A stretch of DNA of 34,526 nucleotides, taken from assembly GCF_001194135.2 (NCBI RefSeq), contig NC_068988.1, forward strand, positions 37,483,995-37,518,520, written 5' to 3'. The DNA is from Octopus bimaculoides (lineage: Eukaryota). Made by a program: the position numbers and the translations under genes. Below, one piece after another: positions 10,312 through 22,547 of this stretch; the first letter of the stretch is position 1; each line of letters opens with the position of its first letter. The notes under the pieces are model-generated. The model did no database searches and was not told the origin of the DNA. It saw only the letters and a program-made list of their open reading frames with translations.

Positions 10312-11598
10312 GGTACCCAAAAGAAACCAGAATTTTACAATATTATTTTATTCGCTAAGTTTTACATGTTTACACTTTTATCGCCTTCAAAATATTCTCC
10401 ATTTGAAGCAGTGCATCGGTCCTGAGGCGTTTTCCATTGTTCAAAGCATTCCTAAAACTTTTCCGAAGTGATACCTTTTAACACCCGTCATTTTTTCTTC
10501 ACTCTTCCACGTCTGCAAAACGTTTTCCTTTAAGGACTTTTTCATTCGGGGGTGGGAGGGAAAGTTGCAAGGTGCCAGATTGGTTGAATAGGGAGGGTGG
10601 GTAAACGAGGTCAAGCCATTTTTGGTCAAAAACTGTCTCGTCCTCGAGGTAGTTTGTGCAGGCACATTGTCGTGAAGAAATCCTACACTCCACTTTAGCA
10701 CTGGTCAGGGTGTTTTCATCTCGTCATGTCTTGGAAACTCTTCGGAAGTGCCAAGTAACATGTCTGGTTAACAGTTTGACCCGGAGGAATAAATATTGTG
10801 TGAACAATTCCATTCGCATCGATGAAACAAATCAGCATCGTCTTGAGTCTGAACCTCACTTGATTCACTTTTGTGGGAATGTGGTGACATTGAATGCTTC
10901 CGTTGACTTGATTGTTACTTCGTTTCCAAGTCGTAGGCGTAGTGCCAGCTTTCGTCAGCAGTGATGACCTTCGAAAAGGGTCGAATCAACTAGCAACTGT
11001 TTTTTCAGTTCACGGCACGAACTCAGTCATGACTGCTTTTGATCTTCCGTGGGCCAGTGAGGTACAAATTTTGCTGTAACTCTTTTCATTCGCAATTCCT
11101 CGCTCAAAATTCATTGGCGGGAAATCCAGGACACATTAGTCATATCAATTTCGTCAATTGCTTGACGACGGTCCTCCAAGATCAGTTCATGAATTTCGTG
11201 ATGTTTTCATTTGTTCAGGAGATCGACGGTTGCCCTGGTCGATATTGGTTTTCAAGCGACAAGTGACCATTCCTAAAGTGTGAAGGTTACTCTTAAACTT
11301 GTGTTTTGTTCATGGCAGCGTCCTTGTAAGCTGTTTGAAGCATGACAACTGTTTCAGCCGGCGTTTTTCCGAGCAGAAAACAGAATTTTATAGAAGCAGT
11401 CTATTTCTTCGTTTCAAAACCATCGCAAAAATCGACGAATGGGGGAGAAGCACTGCATAACAAAGGCGTACTACATGGCAGTACGACTCCACTCGAAAAC
11501 ACTGGTCGGCCGACTAATGCCCGAGGATCGCATCAATGGACTTCTACCGGGCTTGTCCCACAGAGAACGCTTCCGGTGACTTTTGGATACCTCCTAGT
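10312..11598 (-). mobile_element. mariner (Tc1/mariner, D,D34D-type) transposon, defective, antisense in intron
   Basis: Transposase about 11423 to 10370: SIKFCFLLGKTPAET, KRVTAKFVP, KVITADESWHYAYDLETK*QSSQ, KTMLICF.D..GIVH..PPGQTVN, FLHDNVPA, HPPYSTNLAPCNF, GEYFEGD. Imperfect TIRs ggtacccaaaagaaaccagaa (10312) vs rc of ttccggtgactttttggatacc (~11570-11591). Length ~1.29 kb. Confidence 0.92.
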
Positions 11599-11644
11599 AT
11601 ATTATAAACTGCTACCTGGAATCTCAATAATTTAGGACACGTCA

Positions 11645-11793
11645 ACATCAGCATCTCATCGCTTTATTGTACACTTTACCAAGCTTGCATCGATCGGACA
11701 CAGTTTAGGAAGGCAAGTTTGCTATGAACCGTTACCTTTCTCGTAACTAGCCTTCCCTGTTTTCAAGCAAAGTAATATGTTCTCTTGGCAAGA
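11645..11793. mobile_element. Diverged short interspersed repeat (family F), copy 2
   Basis: Loose alignment to 9762-9920 (ccctgttttcaagcaaagtaatatgttctcttggcaagac). Confidence 0.4.
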
Positions 11794-11895
11794 CCTTTCA
11801 CCGGGGTCGATAAATTGAGTACTGGGGCCGATGTAATCAGCTAACTCCTTCCCCTGCCCAAATTTAGGTCTTGTGCCAATAGCACAAAGGATCAT
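11794..11895 (+). mobile_element. SINE family B, 3' fragment
   Basis: cctttca..ggggtcgataaatt.agtactggggccgatgtaatc..cccc..aaattt.gg.cttgtgcc, matching 19905-20015. Confidence 0.75.
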
Positions 11896-12413
11896 TTGGA
11901 ACACCTTCTTGAATTACGACCGAGTTCTGTTCCAACTTACAGGTCATAAGTTGATCTGGTCGTATGTCGGGTTTATATTTTTCAACGTTATTTTGATTCA
12001 AATGCAACTGATGCTTGAAAATGACTGAGTGAGAAACAGTGACAGGCAGTGGATGCCTGGGTCAGAGGGAGGCCTGCGGTTCCAGATACTGCCATAGTTA
12101 TCGTACGCGCAGTTGCCCAACGTCCGAAAATCGATTTTTTAAAACCTATTTATTTATGTTTTATTTCCTTATTTTTTGTGGTTGTGAGTCCGGATGGTCG
12201 TAAGCCGAGGCTAAGGTATATATATAAAATCCTGTTAATTTCTGGTAGATTTGAAAATCTGAAAAATTATACCAAGCATCATTTAAAAGAGTTTTTGATA
12301 TTATAGTATCGTTTAAATGTTTATTTATGTGATACTTTATATACACTTTTATACCGAAAGCATTATCAAGTATATCTATTTAAGCATGTGTTTATTTTTT
12401 TCCTTTATTTCAG

Positions 12414-13899
12414 GAAACAAATTTACGATGGTGCTGTAAAATTTGCCAAAGCTCTTATCAATTTAGGAATTCAGAAAGGAGAGTTGGTTGCCTACAGTGT
12501 ATCCAACTGTGTTGAATGGTTGATATATGAGATCGGCATAATAATGACTGGGGCAATTTCTGTGAAAGTAATGCTTGGATTGGCAGATTTTAAAACGGTA
12601 TTATATGGCTGCAGTTTAGTTGTATTTGATTCCAAATATATTTGGGAAAACTTTCTTAAAATCGCTGACATTTCTGATAATGGGAAGGTTTCCAGTGAAA
12701 TATATCCAAACTTGAGATTAGCCATTGCTGTCTCAGAAGCGGAGCGTCCTGAAAATGCTTTGTTTGCAGCTAAGTTGATGGAAGACGTAAGTAGTAAAAC
12801 TGATGTAATACTTCCCTCCATAAGTCCTGATGATACTGCTCTAATTTCTCAATCATCTGGTTCAACAGGTGCTCCTAAACGAATTTGTCACTCACATTTT
12901 AACTGGATCAATGGATTTTACACATTTTACACAGATGCTGGTGTCAATGAAAAAGACAAGGCTTACTGTAGCCGTCCAATGGGATATGTTGTTGGCTATC
13001 CGTCAATGTTTTTGTCAATTGGCTGCACACACGTCACGGGAGATGTGACAATGCTAAATAATAACGAAAACATAGATTTCATTATGAATTTATGGAAGAC
13101 AGAAAAATGCGACGTAATATGGGTAGTTCCACAGCGATTAAAATATATCAAAGAATCAAGTTTCCGAGTAAAACGGATTATATCAGGAGGAGATTTAATT
13201 GCAAGAGACTGGATTGAAAATTCTTTTCGTCTGGCAGACAAATTTTCCCTCGGATATGGAAGTACTGAAACGGTAATATCAGCACAGAGACTATTCTCCA
13301 AAGAAAATATGGACCAACATGTAAAAGGAATGTTAGGTCGACCGCTTCCAGGTTCAGAGGTTAAAATCCTTGATCAAAACAAAAATGTTGTTCCCATCGG
13401 AAGCATTGGGTCTCTGTACATTCGTAGTTGTTGGACGCAAAAAATATTTCAGGATGGAACACATTGTTTAGAAGAGGGTTGGATACCTACTTCAGATATT
13501 TGTAAATTGACTCCTGAAGGTGATCTCATAATGATAGGAAGAAGTGTAGATTTTATCAAAAAGTCTACGGTGAAGTTATCCATAAAAACTATTGAAGAAT
13601 ACGTCGGCCGTCACCCCAGCGTTGCAGAAGTGATTGTGGTCCCAATACCAGATGAAAGCTTTGGTGAATGTATATGTGCCTGTGTTACCATTCTACCTGG
13701 TCACAAATTCAATAGAGAGGATTTAACAAAATTCTGCACAGAAACAATGCCGCATCCAAGTAACTTTGATCATGTAACAATAATACCGGACTATTTCTTA
13801 CATTTTACCAGCTTTCCAAAGCTTCCCAGTGAAAAATTTAACAAACAATCCATAAAGCGTTCTGCCATTGAAATGGTGAAGGAATCATACGGAAAGTAA
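12414..13899 (+). CDS. Coding exon 2 of ANL-superfamily adenylate-forming enzyme (AMP-binding and C-terminal domains); spliced product 543 aa
   Basis: Intact 1486-nt exon: P-loop SQSSGSTGAPKRICHSH (A3), LGYGSTE (A5), GRPLPGSEVKI, GWIPTSD (A7), GDLIMIGRSVDFIK (A8), HPSVAEVIVVPIPDESFGE, FPKLPSEK (A10 Lys). No stops or frameshifts. ACSF2-like/fatty acyl-AMP ligase-like fold; substrate not assignable. Confidence 0.95.
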
Positions 13900-13938
13900 A
13901 ATTCTGAATTTTGTTTCTCAATAAGTGTTGCTTTTCTA

Positions 13939-13944
13939 ATTAAA
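13939..13944 (+). promoter_or_regulatory. Candidate polyadenylation signal (ATTAAA)
   Basis: 40 nt after the stop codon. The motif is common in AT-rich DNA, so weak. Confidence 0.3.
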
Positions 13945-14743
13945 GAGATATTTCAACTGAATTCTGTTTCTTAAAAACTATTTCATAGCACATCGATTTT
14001 AAATCCCGTGCAATGAAGTGAAAAATATTATAGCCGTAATTGAGAATATGGCGAGGTGATGTCAGAACATAGAGTTAAATTTGTAAAATGTTCTCGAATA
14101 CTTATCTTTAAACTATATTAATGTATTCTTTGCCATGATTTTAGAATAGAAATTATTTCCATGCTTCTAATAATGACATTTTGAGTTGCAGACACGTTTC
14201 ATTCAGTTTAGGTCCCTGATTTGGAGATAATGTTTATCCTTCCTCCCGCCAGTCTCGAAGGTCCTGAAAAGGCCCATAAGTAATGAAAGTGCCATACTAG
14301 AGTTTGTGCGGCTGGATCGGAATGTTCTTAAAATGGATGGACTCACCAGGGCAAACAACTGTCTTGATGCATTACTGAAATGAAATGTTCAATTACAAAA
14401 TGTGCCGAGTCCCAGCTTTTTCCCCAATGGAGCAGAATTATTCTAACTATGACTATCTTGTCTTCTTACGAGTATAAGAACTTTTTATTTGATACCTGTA
14501 TGACGTCGTGCAACCATGTAGAGGACCACTGATGGGAAAGAATGATGTGTCACCGTTGAAAAATAATGTTAATATTGTTTTATGTGAATAGATACAAGAA
14601 AAGGTAAATAGCTAAAGAAACGATACCACGACTAATTCTTATTTATCGTAAATGAAATTGTTATGTCATTTACCGAACTAATATCTTTGGGAAGACATCT
14701 CATCTCATTGGCTTCGCTCATTTAATATTCAGTCCTTGTGAAA

Positions 14744-14882
14744 GCGGCTAGCTGGCAGACAAGTTAGCACGCCGGGCGAAATGCTTAGCGGTATTTCGTC
14801 TGTCTTTACGTTCTGACTTCAATTTCCGCTGAGGTCGACTTTGCCTTTCATCCTTTCGGGGTCGATAAATTAAGTACCAGTT
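14744..14882 (+). mobile_element. SINE family B, cut by assembly gap
   Basis: gctggcagacaagttagcacgccgggcgaaatgcttagcggtatttcgtctgtctttacgttctg..ctttgcctttcatcctttcggggtcgataaattaagtaccagtt, near-identical to 19805-19945. Confidence 0.9.
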
Positions 14883-15442
14883 NNNNNNNNNNNNNNNNNN
14901 NNNNNNNNNNNNNNNNNNNNNNNNNNNNNNNNNNNNNNNNNNNNNNNNNNNNNNNNNNNNNNNNNNNNNNNNNNNNNNNNNNNNNNNNNNNNNNNNNNNN
15001 NNNNNNNNNNNNNNNNNNNNNNNNNNNNNNNNNNNNNNNNNNNNNNNNNNNNNNNNNNNNNNNNNNNNNNNNNNNNNNNNNNNNNNNNNNNNNNNNNNNN
15101 NNNNNNNNNNNNNNNNNNNNNNNNNNNNNNNNNNNNNNNNNNNNNNNNNNNNNNNNNNNNNNNNNNNNNNNNNNNNNNNNNNNNNNNNNNNNNNNNNNNN
15201 NNNNNNNNNNNNNNNNNNNNNNNNNNNNNNNNNNNNNNNNNNNNNNNNNNNNNNNNNNNNNNNNNNNNNNNNNNNNNNNNNNNNNNNNNNNNNNNNNNNN
15301 NNNNNNNNNNNNNNNNNNNNNNNNNNNNNNNNNNNNNNNNNNNNNNNNNNNNNNNNNNNNNNNNNNNNNNNNNNNNNNNNNNNNNNNNNNNNNNNNNNNN
15401 NNNNNNNNNNNNNNNNNNNNNNNNNNNNNNNNNNNNNNNNNN
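14883..15442. other. Assembly gap (N run)
   Basis: 560 N. Confidence 1.
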
Positions 15443-15540
15443 AGGATTTTAAGATTAGGGTTGGGGTTTTAGAGTTAGGGTCTTGGGGTTAGGGTTGGGG
15501 TTTTAGGGTTAAGGTTAGGAGTTTAGGGTTGGGGGGGGGG
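15443..15540 (+). repeat. Degenerate (TTAGGG)n-like interstitial repeat ending in poly-G
   Basis: Five exact TTAGGG plus TTGGGG, TTAAGG and TTAGGA variants next to the gap. Confidence 0.7.
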
Positions 15541-16202
15541 CAAAAATGTCTTTCCGAAAATAGTAGCTGAAAAACAGGAAAAAAAACTAAAAGCAGTAGA
15601 AATGCACGAACGATTGTGGTGGTGCCATGAAGTAAACATGCTTCAGATACACTCGTTTATTCATACAAACGTAACTGAGATGAAATATGTCATAAATAAC
15701 AGTGACAAACTAAATATACACAGCAGTAATTGCTTTCACCAAGTGTTTGGTTACAAATTTTTTTTTAAATGTGCTGGCCAAAGGGAAAAGATCCGAAAAA
15801 AGTGTCCCCAGTAATGTGAGATTTTTAGCCAATTTTAATTTCCGATCGAAATTTAAACCTTGAGAATGATTTAAGTTCTTTCTCTCTATAAAATTTGTAA
15901 TCATGCATCCACATGAGATAACTTTCTAGCCTATATTTCTTAGTTCAAATCTTGCCAGATCTGCTAGATTTATATCACTTATGCCGAAAATATAGTTATC
16001 AATCGATGTACTTCAGTAAATAATCGAATAAAATTCTTAATCTACAAATGTTAATGTTTGTTTTCTTTTTCTTCTTTGTTATTCCTGTTATTTGTTGTTG
16101 CTGTTATTGTGACACATTTAAGATATGAGTTGAAAATACTTGTCTGCCATTGTCTGAATTTAATGCCATCGTCAACGAACTTTTCTAATTTCAGAAAGAT
16201 AT

Positions 16203-16374
16203 CGCGCAGGCGCAGCGATGTGGTTAGAAGTTTACTTCCCAACTACATGGTTCTGGGTTCAATCCCACTGCGTGATGCCTTGAGCAAGTGTTTTCTACTA
16301 TAGTATCGGGATGAACAAAGCCTTGTGAGTGGATTTGGTAGACAGAAACTGAAAGACAATCGTCGTGTGTATGC

Positions 16375-16424
<50 letters not shown>
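16203..16424 (+). mobile_element. SINE family A (tRNA-derived head, body, (TA)n)
   Basis: B-box GGTTCAATCCC at 16256-16266 with an A-box-like segment upstream; conserved body; ends in (TA)n. Not a foldable tRNA. Confidence 0.9.
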
Positions 16425-16425
<1 letters not shown>

Positions 16426-16427
<2 letters not shown>

Positions 16428-16700
16428 GGAGTAAGCATATAAATGTGAAACAAGGTGGAAACAAGAGTACTCAAATACCAGAGGTAGAGTAATATGCTTT
16501 ATTTAAAAGCAGCAGAAATATAACAAAAGCTGTTACTCAGAGTTTCACGTTCCCGTTCGTCGGACAGTTTTGTTAAAATGGAACAGAAATAACGATGTAA
16601 TCAAAACTAGTTAAAGGATACACATTTAAAAATGGATTTATTTCATTGATCCTTTCAAGTAACGGTCTAACGTATGCAATGAACAAAATAAATGAATTCA
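16426..16700 (-). mobile_element. PLE 3' end/pseudo-LTR fragment carrying a hammerhead motif
   Basis: Minus strand reads ..LERINEINPFLN.. (PLE C-terminus-like), followed by the hammerhead and an AT-rich tail with aataaa. Abuts the (TA)n of the SINE. PLE assignment rests on context. Confidence 0.55.
16522..16574 (-). ncRNA. Type I hammerhead ribozyme (variant core CCGACGA)
   Basis: 5'-aacaaaa ctgt CCGACGA acg ggaa cgt GAAA ctctgag UA acag c ttttgtt-3'. Stem I 4+7 bp with one bulge, stem II 3 bp plus tetraloop, short stem III, GUA cleavage triplet (cut between 16534 and 16533). Confidence 0.75.
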
Positions 16701-16783
16701 ATATAAATTCATCCTATTGTAAAATCGAAGAGTGGATTCAAAATGCGTATTGTAAATATTTACAGGTGGCGAAGTGAGGTCCT

Positions 16784-18674
<1,891 letters not shown>

Positions 18675-18818
18675 AATTAGTATAAAATGCTTATGTAATA
18701 TTGTATTATTTGTTTACAAAATAGATATAAGATAAAAAGAATATTGTCAACTTTTATTATATTCATTATATATATATTGTTTCCTGCATAATTTAATATT
18801 ACTAAGAACTATTATCGG

Positions 18819-18946
18819 NNNNNNNNNNNNNNNNNNNNNNNNNNNNNNNNNNNNNNNNNNNNNNNNNNNNNNNNNNNNNNNNNNNNNNNNNNNNNNNNNN
18901 NNNNNNNNNNNNNNNNNNNNNNNNNNNNNNNNNNNNNNNNNNNNNN
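18819..18946. other. Assembly gap (N run)
   Basis: 128 N. Confidence 1.
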
Positions 18947-19457
18947 TATATAGGCCATATCAATGTATAATTTACCAATAGCAGTTGTGATTATTTGCTA
19001 AAGTTTCTAGAGATAATATAATATAGATTTCCATTGTAATATGTGATTGTTTATAATTTATTAATAATATTATGAGGTGTTTTCTCTCTTTGACAGACCT
19101 TTATTTAAGGAGTTATTTAAGGAGAAATTTGAATATGAACTAGACTTAGAGCCGATGTTTTTGGTGTTTACTTTTTGTTCTTTACCTTTTTCCCTGAAGA
19201 TGTGTATGGTAAATTATATATTTGACTTGAATTTGACAGTTAAATATAGCCTTATACAGAAATGTTGACATAGGAATAAATTTCAATAATAATGGATATC
19301 AGCGACAAAACTCTCTTTTAAAGTTTAAATTTGTTATATATATATATATAATCTGCTTGTTCATTACCTCTAATACTTTAGTTAGTTAGCGAGTTGGAAG
19401 CGGAGTGAGGGAGATGTGGAGTAAGAGTGAGGGAGAAGAGAAGGGGAGTTAGAGGTA

Positions 19458-19513
19458 AAGAAGAAGAAGAAGAAGAAGAAGAAGAAGAAGAAGAAGAAGA
19501 AGAAGAAGAAGAA

Positions 19514-19560
<47 letters not shown>

Positions 19561-19564
19561 AGAA
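19458..19564. repeat. (GAA)n trinucleotide microsatellite, ~35 units, one GAG interruption
   Basis: Direct reading of sequence. Confidence 0.97.
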
Positions 19565-19617
19565 TTAATATTAATACACATAGGCCAAATCCAACACGTG
19601 GTCAGCTGAAAAACAAG

Positions 19618-19682
19618 AAAAAAGACGGTGAGAGAAAAAGACGGCGAGAGAAAAAGACGGCGAGAGAAAAAGAGAGAGAGAG
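19618..19682. repeat. 16-bp minisatellite (aaaaagacggcgagag) about x3-4
   Basis: Direct reading of sequence. Confidence 0.85.
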
Positions 19683-19804
19683 GTATTAATGACGTGCAAT
19701 GGGGTGGGGTGAGGAAGGAATACTTATTACGTGGTTAAAATGTTTGCAGAAGGGAAAAGTGAATAGAAAGAGATATGTTTATGATACAATAATTAGTAGT
19801 GTAA

Positions 19805-20017
19805 AGCAGTGAGCGGGCAGAATCGTTAGCATACCGGGCGAAATGCTTAGCAGTATTTCGTCTGTCTTTACGTTCTGAGTTCAAATTCCACTGTGTTTGA
19901 CTTTGCCTTTCATCCTTTCGGGATCGATAGATTAAGTACCAGTTGCATACTGGGGTCGATCTAATCGACTGGACCCCTCCCCCAAAATTTCGGGCCTTGT
20001 GACTAGAGTAGAAAAGA
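19805..20017 (+). mobile_element. SINE family B, near-complete copy
   Basis: Head gagcgggcagaatcgttagc..gagttcaaattcc (B-box-like), core cctttcatcctttcggg.tcgata.attaagtaccagttgcatactggggtcgat, tail cccc..aaaatttcgggccttgtg. Confidence 0.9.
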
Positions 20018-20194
20018 ATGTTTAGTGGAGTGTGACTTTCTGGTGGTGAGTTAGATAGAGGGAGATAGACAAGGGAGGCGGTTATAACGATCATCGTTTA
20101 ACGCATCCACCTTAGTGTAATTATTTATCGTCTGCTCATTTAAAAAAGTGATATTTGTTATAAGGGTTAATTAAGCCCAAACTATGAATTCACA

Positions 20195-20335
20195 CATATA
20201 AATATGTGTGTGTGCATGCGTGTATGTATATTTATATATACATATATATGTGTGTGTGTGTGTGTGTGTATGTGTAAGTGTATATATGTGTGTGTATGTG
20301 CGAATGTGTGTATATATGAGCACATGTGTACATGT
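20195..20335. repeat. Compound (TG)n/(TA)n microsatellite
   Basis: Direct reading of sequence. Confidence 0.9.
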
Positions 20336-20871
20336 TTCCTTTGTTTTAACAGAACCCGGTGACATTCGCACAATTATCAATACCTTCTAATAACTGACGG
20401 CTACATCCTACCAGTCTGCCTCAGTCTCTCTTTTGCATCTCCTGATTAGGAGTCCTTTCTCCTACTGATAATATCTTTCGATTTTCTTTTTCTTTTTCCT
20501 AATTTCTATTTGTTTTTCTTTTTCTTTTTCTTCCCATTCATTGACTGCTAAGCCACTCTCACTATATGCCCACTTTAGGTGTGCTCTATGTGCTAAAATG
20601 TTCATTGGTCATCTTAACTTTTGGGTTTTTTCTTTTACTTTTCTGCTTTTTTGCTGTCAATATTCAGTGTCTAACTGGTGACTCTTAGTTAAACTCGTGC
20701 AGCATGTCATTTGCGTTGAGATGATCTCAGGAGTGTCCGTTACGTAATGACTTACATAATGAGTTTCAGCCAATTTAGAAACATAAGTAACCTACATTCT
20801 ACCATTATCCACTCCGCATATATTTAGGATATATATATATATATACATACAAAATTCCGGTATTTCAGCAC

Positions 20872-22035
20872 GCTGAAATACCGGAATTGTCTCTGGAGCC
20901 ACCCTTCCTGGAACTGGTAAATTCTGTTAAACAGATCTGTTCTGGTAAAGCACCTAGCAAGGATGCTGCCCCTACTGATATCTACAAGCATGGCGGACGC
21001 AAGCTTTTCGAGAAATTACATGGCCTCTTCATAAATATTTGGAAGGTAGGCCGTGTACCACAGGACTTTAAAGATGCTCAATTCAACATATGTATAAGGA
21101 CAAAGGAAATCAGAAGTGTCTGTGCTAATCATCGCTTCTGTCTGTTGCTGGTAAGAGTCTTACTCGACACCTATCCAGAACCACAGTGCGGATTTCGCTC
21201 TGGTCATGGCACTATCGACAGGATCTTTTCCCTTCGACAGGTCACTGTGAAAGTACGTGAGAATAACCAAGAGTTATTCATGGTGTTCGTTGACCTTACT
21301 AAGGCATTTGACACTGTTAATCGGTAAGCACTTTGGAAAGCTCGGAAAAAGCTTGGAATACCTGACAAGATGTTGAATATTATCATCTCCTTTCATGAGA
21401 GAATAAATGCTGCTGTTGTGTTCGGTGGGGAATCTTCGGCTTCATTTGACGTTACAAACGGCACAAAGCAAGGTCATATTATGGCCCCTACTTTGTTTGC
21501 ACTCTTCAGTGATACTGGTGACATACAAAGTGGTGTCAAATTCCAGTTTTGAGCAAGTAGTGAACTATTAAATCATCAGCGTTTCAAAGCCAAAGCACTG
21601 ATACGAACAGTATCATTCGTAATCTGCTTTTTGCAAATGCTACTGCACTAGTAGCGACTTCAGTAAAGGAAGCTGAAGAACTTCTAGACCGGTTTTCTGT
21701 TGCATGTAAAGGCTTTGATTTGACCATCAGCATAAAGAAGATGGAAGTAATGCACCAACCTTGCCTTACTCCAAAGAAAGTTCGAGGTGTCAAGTAGAGG
21801 CCACCGGTTCACAATTTCCCTAACACTCTTATTAAGGTAGATGGGTAAAACCTAACTTATGTGAAGTTATTTACATATATTGGTAGTAAAGTGAACTGGA
21901 GCGCTTCCCTTGAAGATGAAATCGTCAACCGTCTTGCAAAAGCGACCAATGCGGTTGGTAAACTCCATCATCGCCTATGGAATGAAAGGAACATTAAACT
22001 TGACACCAAAGTCTATCAAGTATACAAGTCTATAA
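20872..22035 (+). mobile_element. RTE-clade (BovB-like) LINE RT relic, truncated at both ends
   Basis: GKAPSKD..DIYKHGG..IWKVGRVPQDFKDA..PEPQCGFRSGHGTIDRIF..VFVDLTKAFDTVNR..GTKQGHIMAPTLF..LFANATAL (FADD degenerate)..FTYIGS..RLAKATNAVGKLHHRLW. Confidence 0.92.
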
Positions 22036-22547
22036 AGCTGCCATTCTTACTAAGTTCTTTACTTCCTACTCCAAAATGTAAAATATTGAGAGCCAGTGAC
22101 CGTCGTTGGTTGGGGTGCACACGAAGTAGTTTACCCTACCTTTTACTATTTATTTCATTATTAATATCTGCAAAACAGAATAAAAGTGTCTATATTATAC
22201 ATTACAAGGCAAACATAATGTAAATGAAAACATATATACAGACTTGAAGACTTGTGAATTTAGTATATTGCCAATAGAGAAATAAATAAATATAAAGTGT
22301 TGTTTCCTTTATTTTTGGCCAACCTCTCAGTGTGTATGTGTGTATGAGAGACAGACAGACAGACTATGCCTCTGTGTTCATGAATATGCATGAATTACCA
22401 GCTTTTTTCAAATACTTATGCACAATAACCTATGTTTGTGACCATGAATGTATATTTATAATTAGTTTATATGTGTAGTGTATCACTTCTCCGAATGTAA
22501 TATAAAGACAATGAATAAAAGAATACGAATATATCTTTTATTCATTA

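Larger units (their letters stand above)
9678..12413 (+). other. GT-AG intron (2736 bp, phase 2) of the ANL gene
   Basis: Donor gtatgt at 9678; polypyrimidine tract tttatttttttcctttatttcag ending 12413; frame-compatible with both exons. Confidence 0.85.

Noticed and set aside
12388-12413. ORF-track start (GTG, MFIFFLYF) for the ANL protein
   Set aside because: This is the intron's polypyrimidine tract and acceptor; the true N-terminus is exon 9532-9677.
9532-13899. Recent bacterial horizontal transfer or contamination as origin of the ANL gene
   Set aside because: It has a canonical spliceosomal intron filled with host TEs and an AT-rich composition like the flanks. An ancient origin cannot be judged without a phylogeny.
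16203-16275. tRNA genes at SINE heads (also 25937-26010 and 19805-19890)
   Set aside because: A/B boxes are present but there is no complete cloverleaf, and each continues into a repeated SINE body.
19077-19268. Possible isolated exon after acceptor tttgacag (19096)
   Set aside because: No convincing donor, no recognisable protein motif and no partner exons.
19378-19609. Poly-Glu and poly-Ser ORFs
   Set aside because: Translations of (GAA)n.
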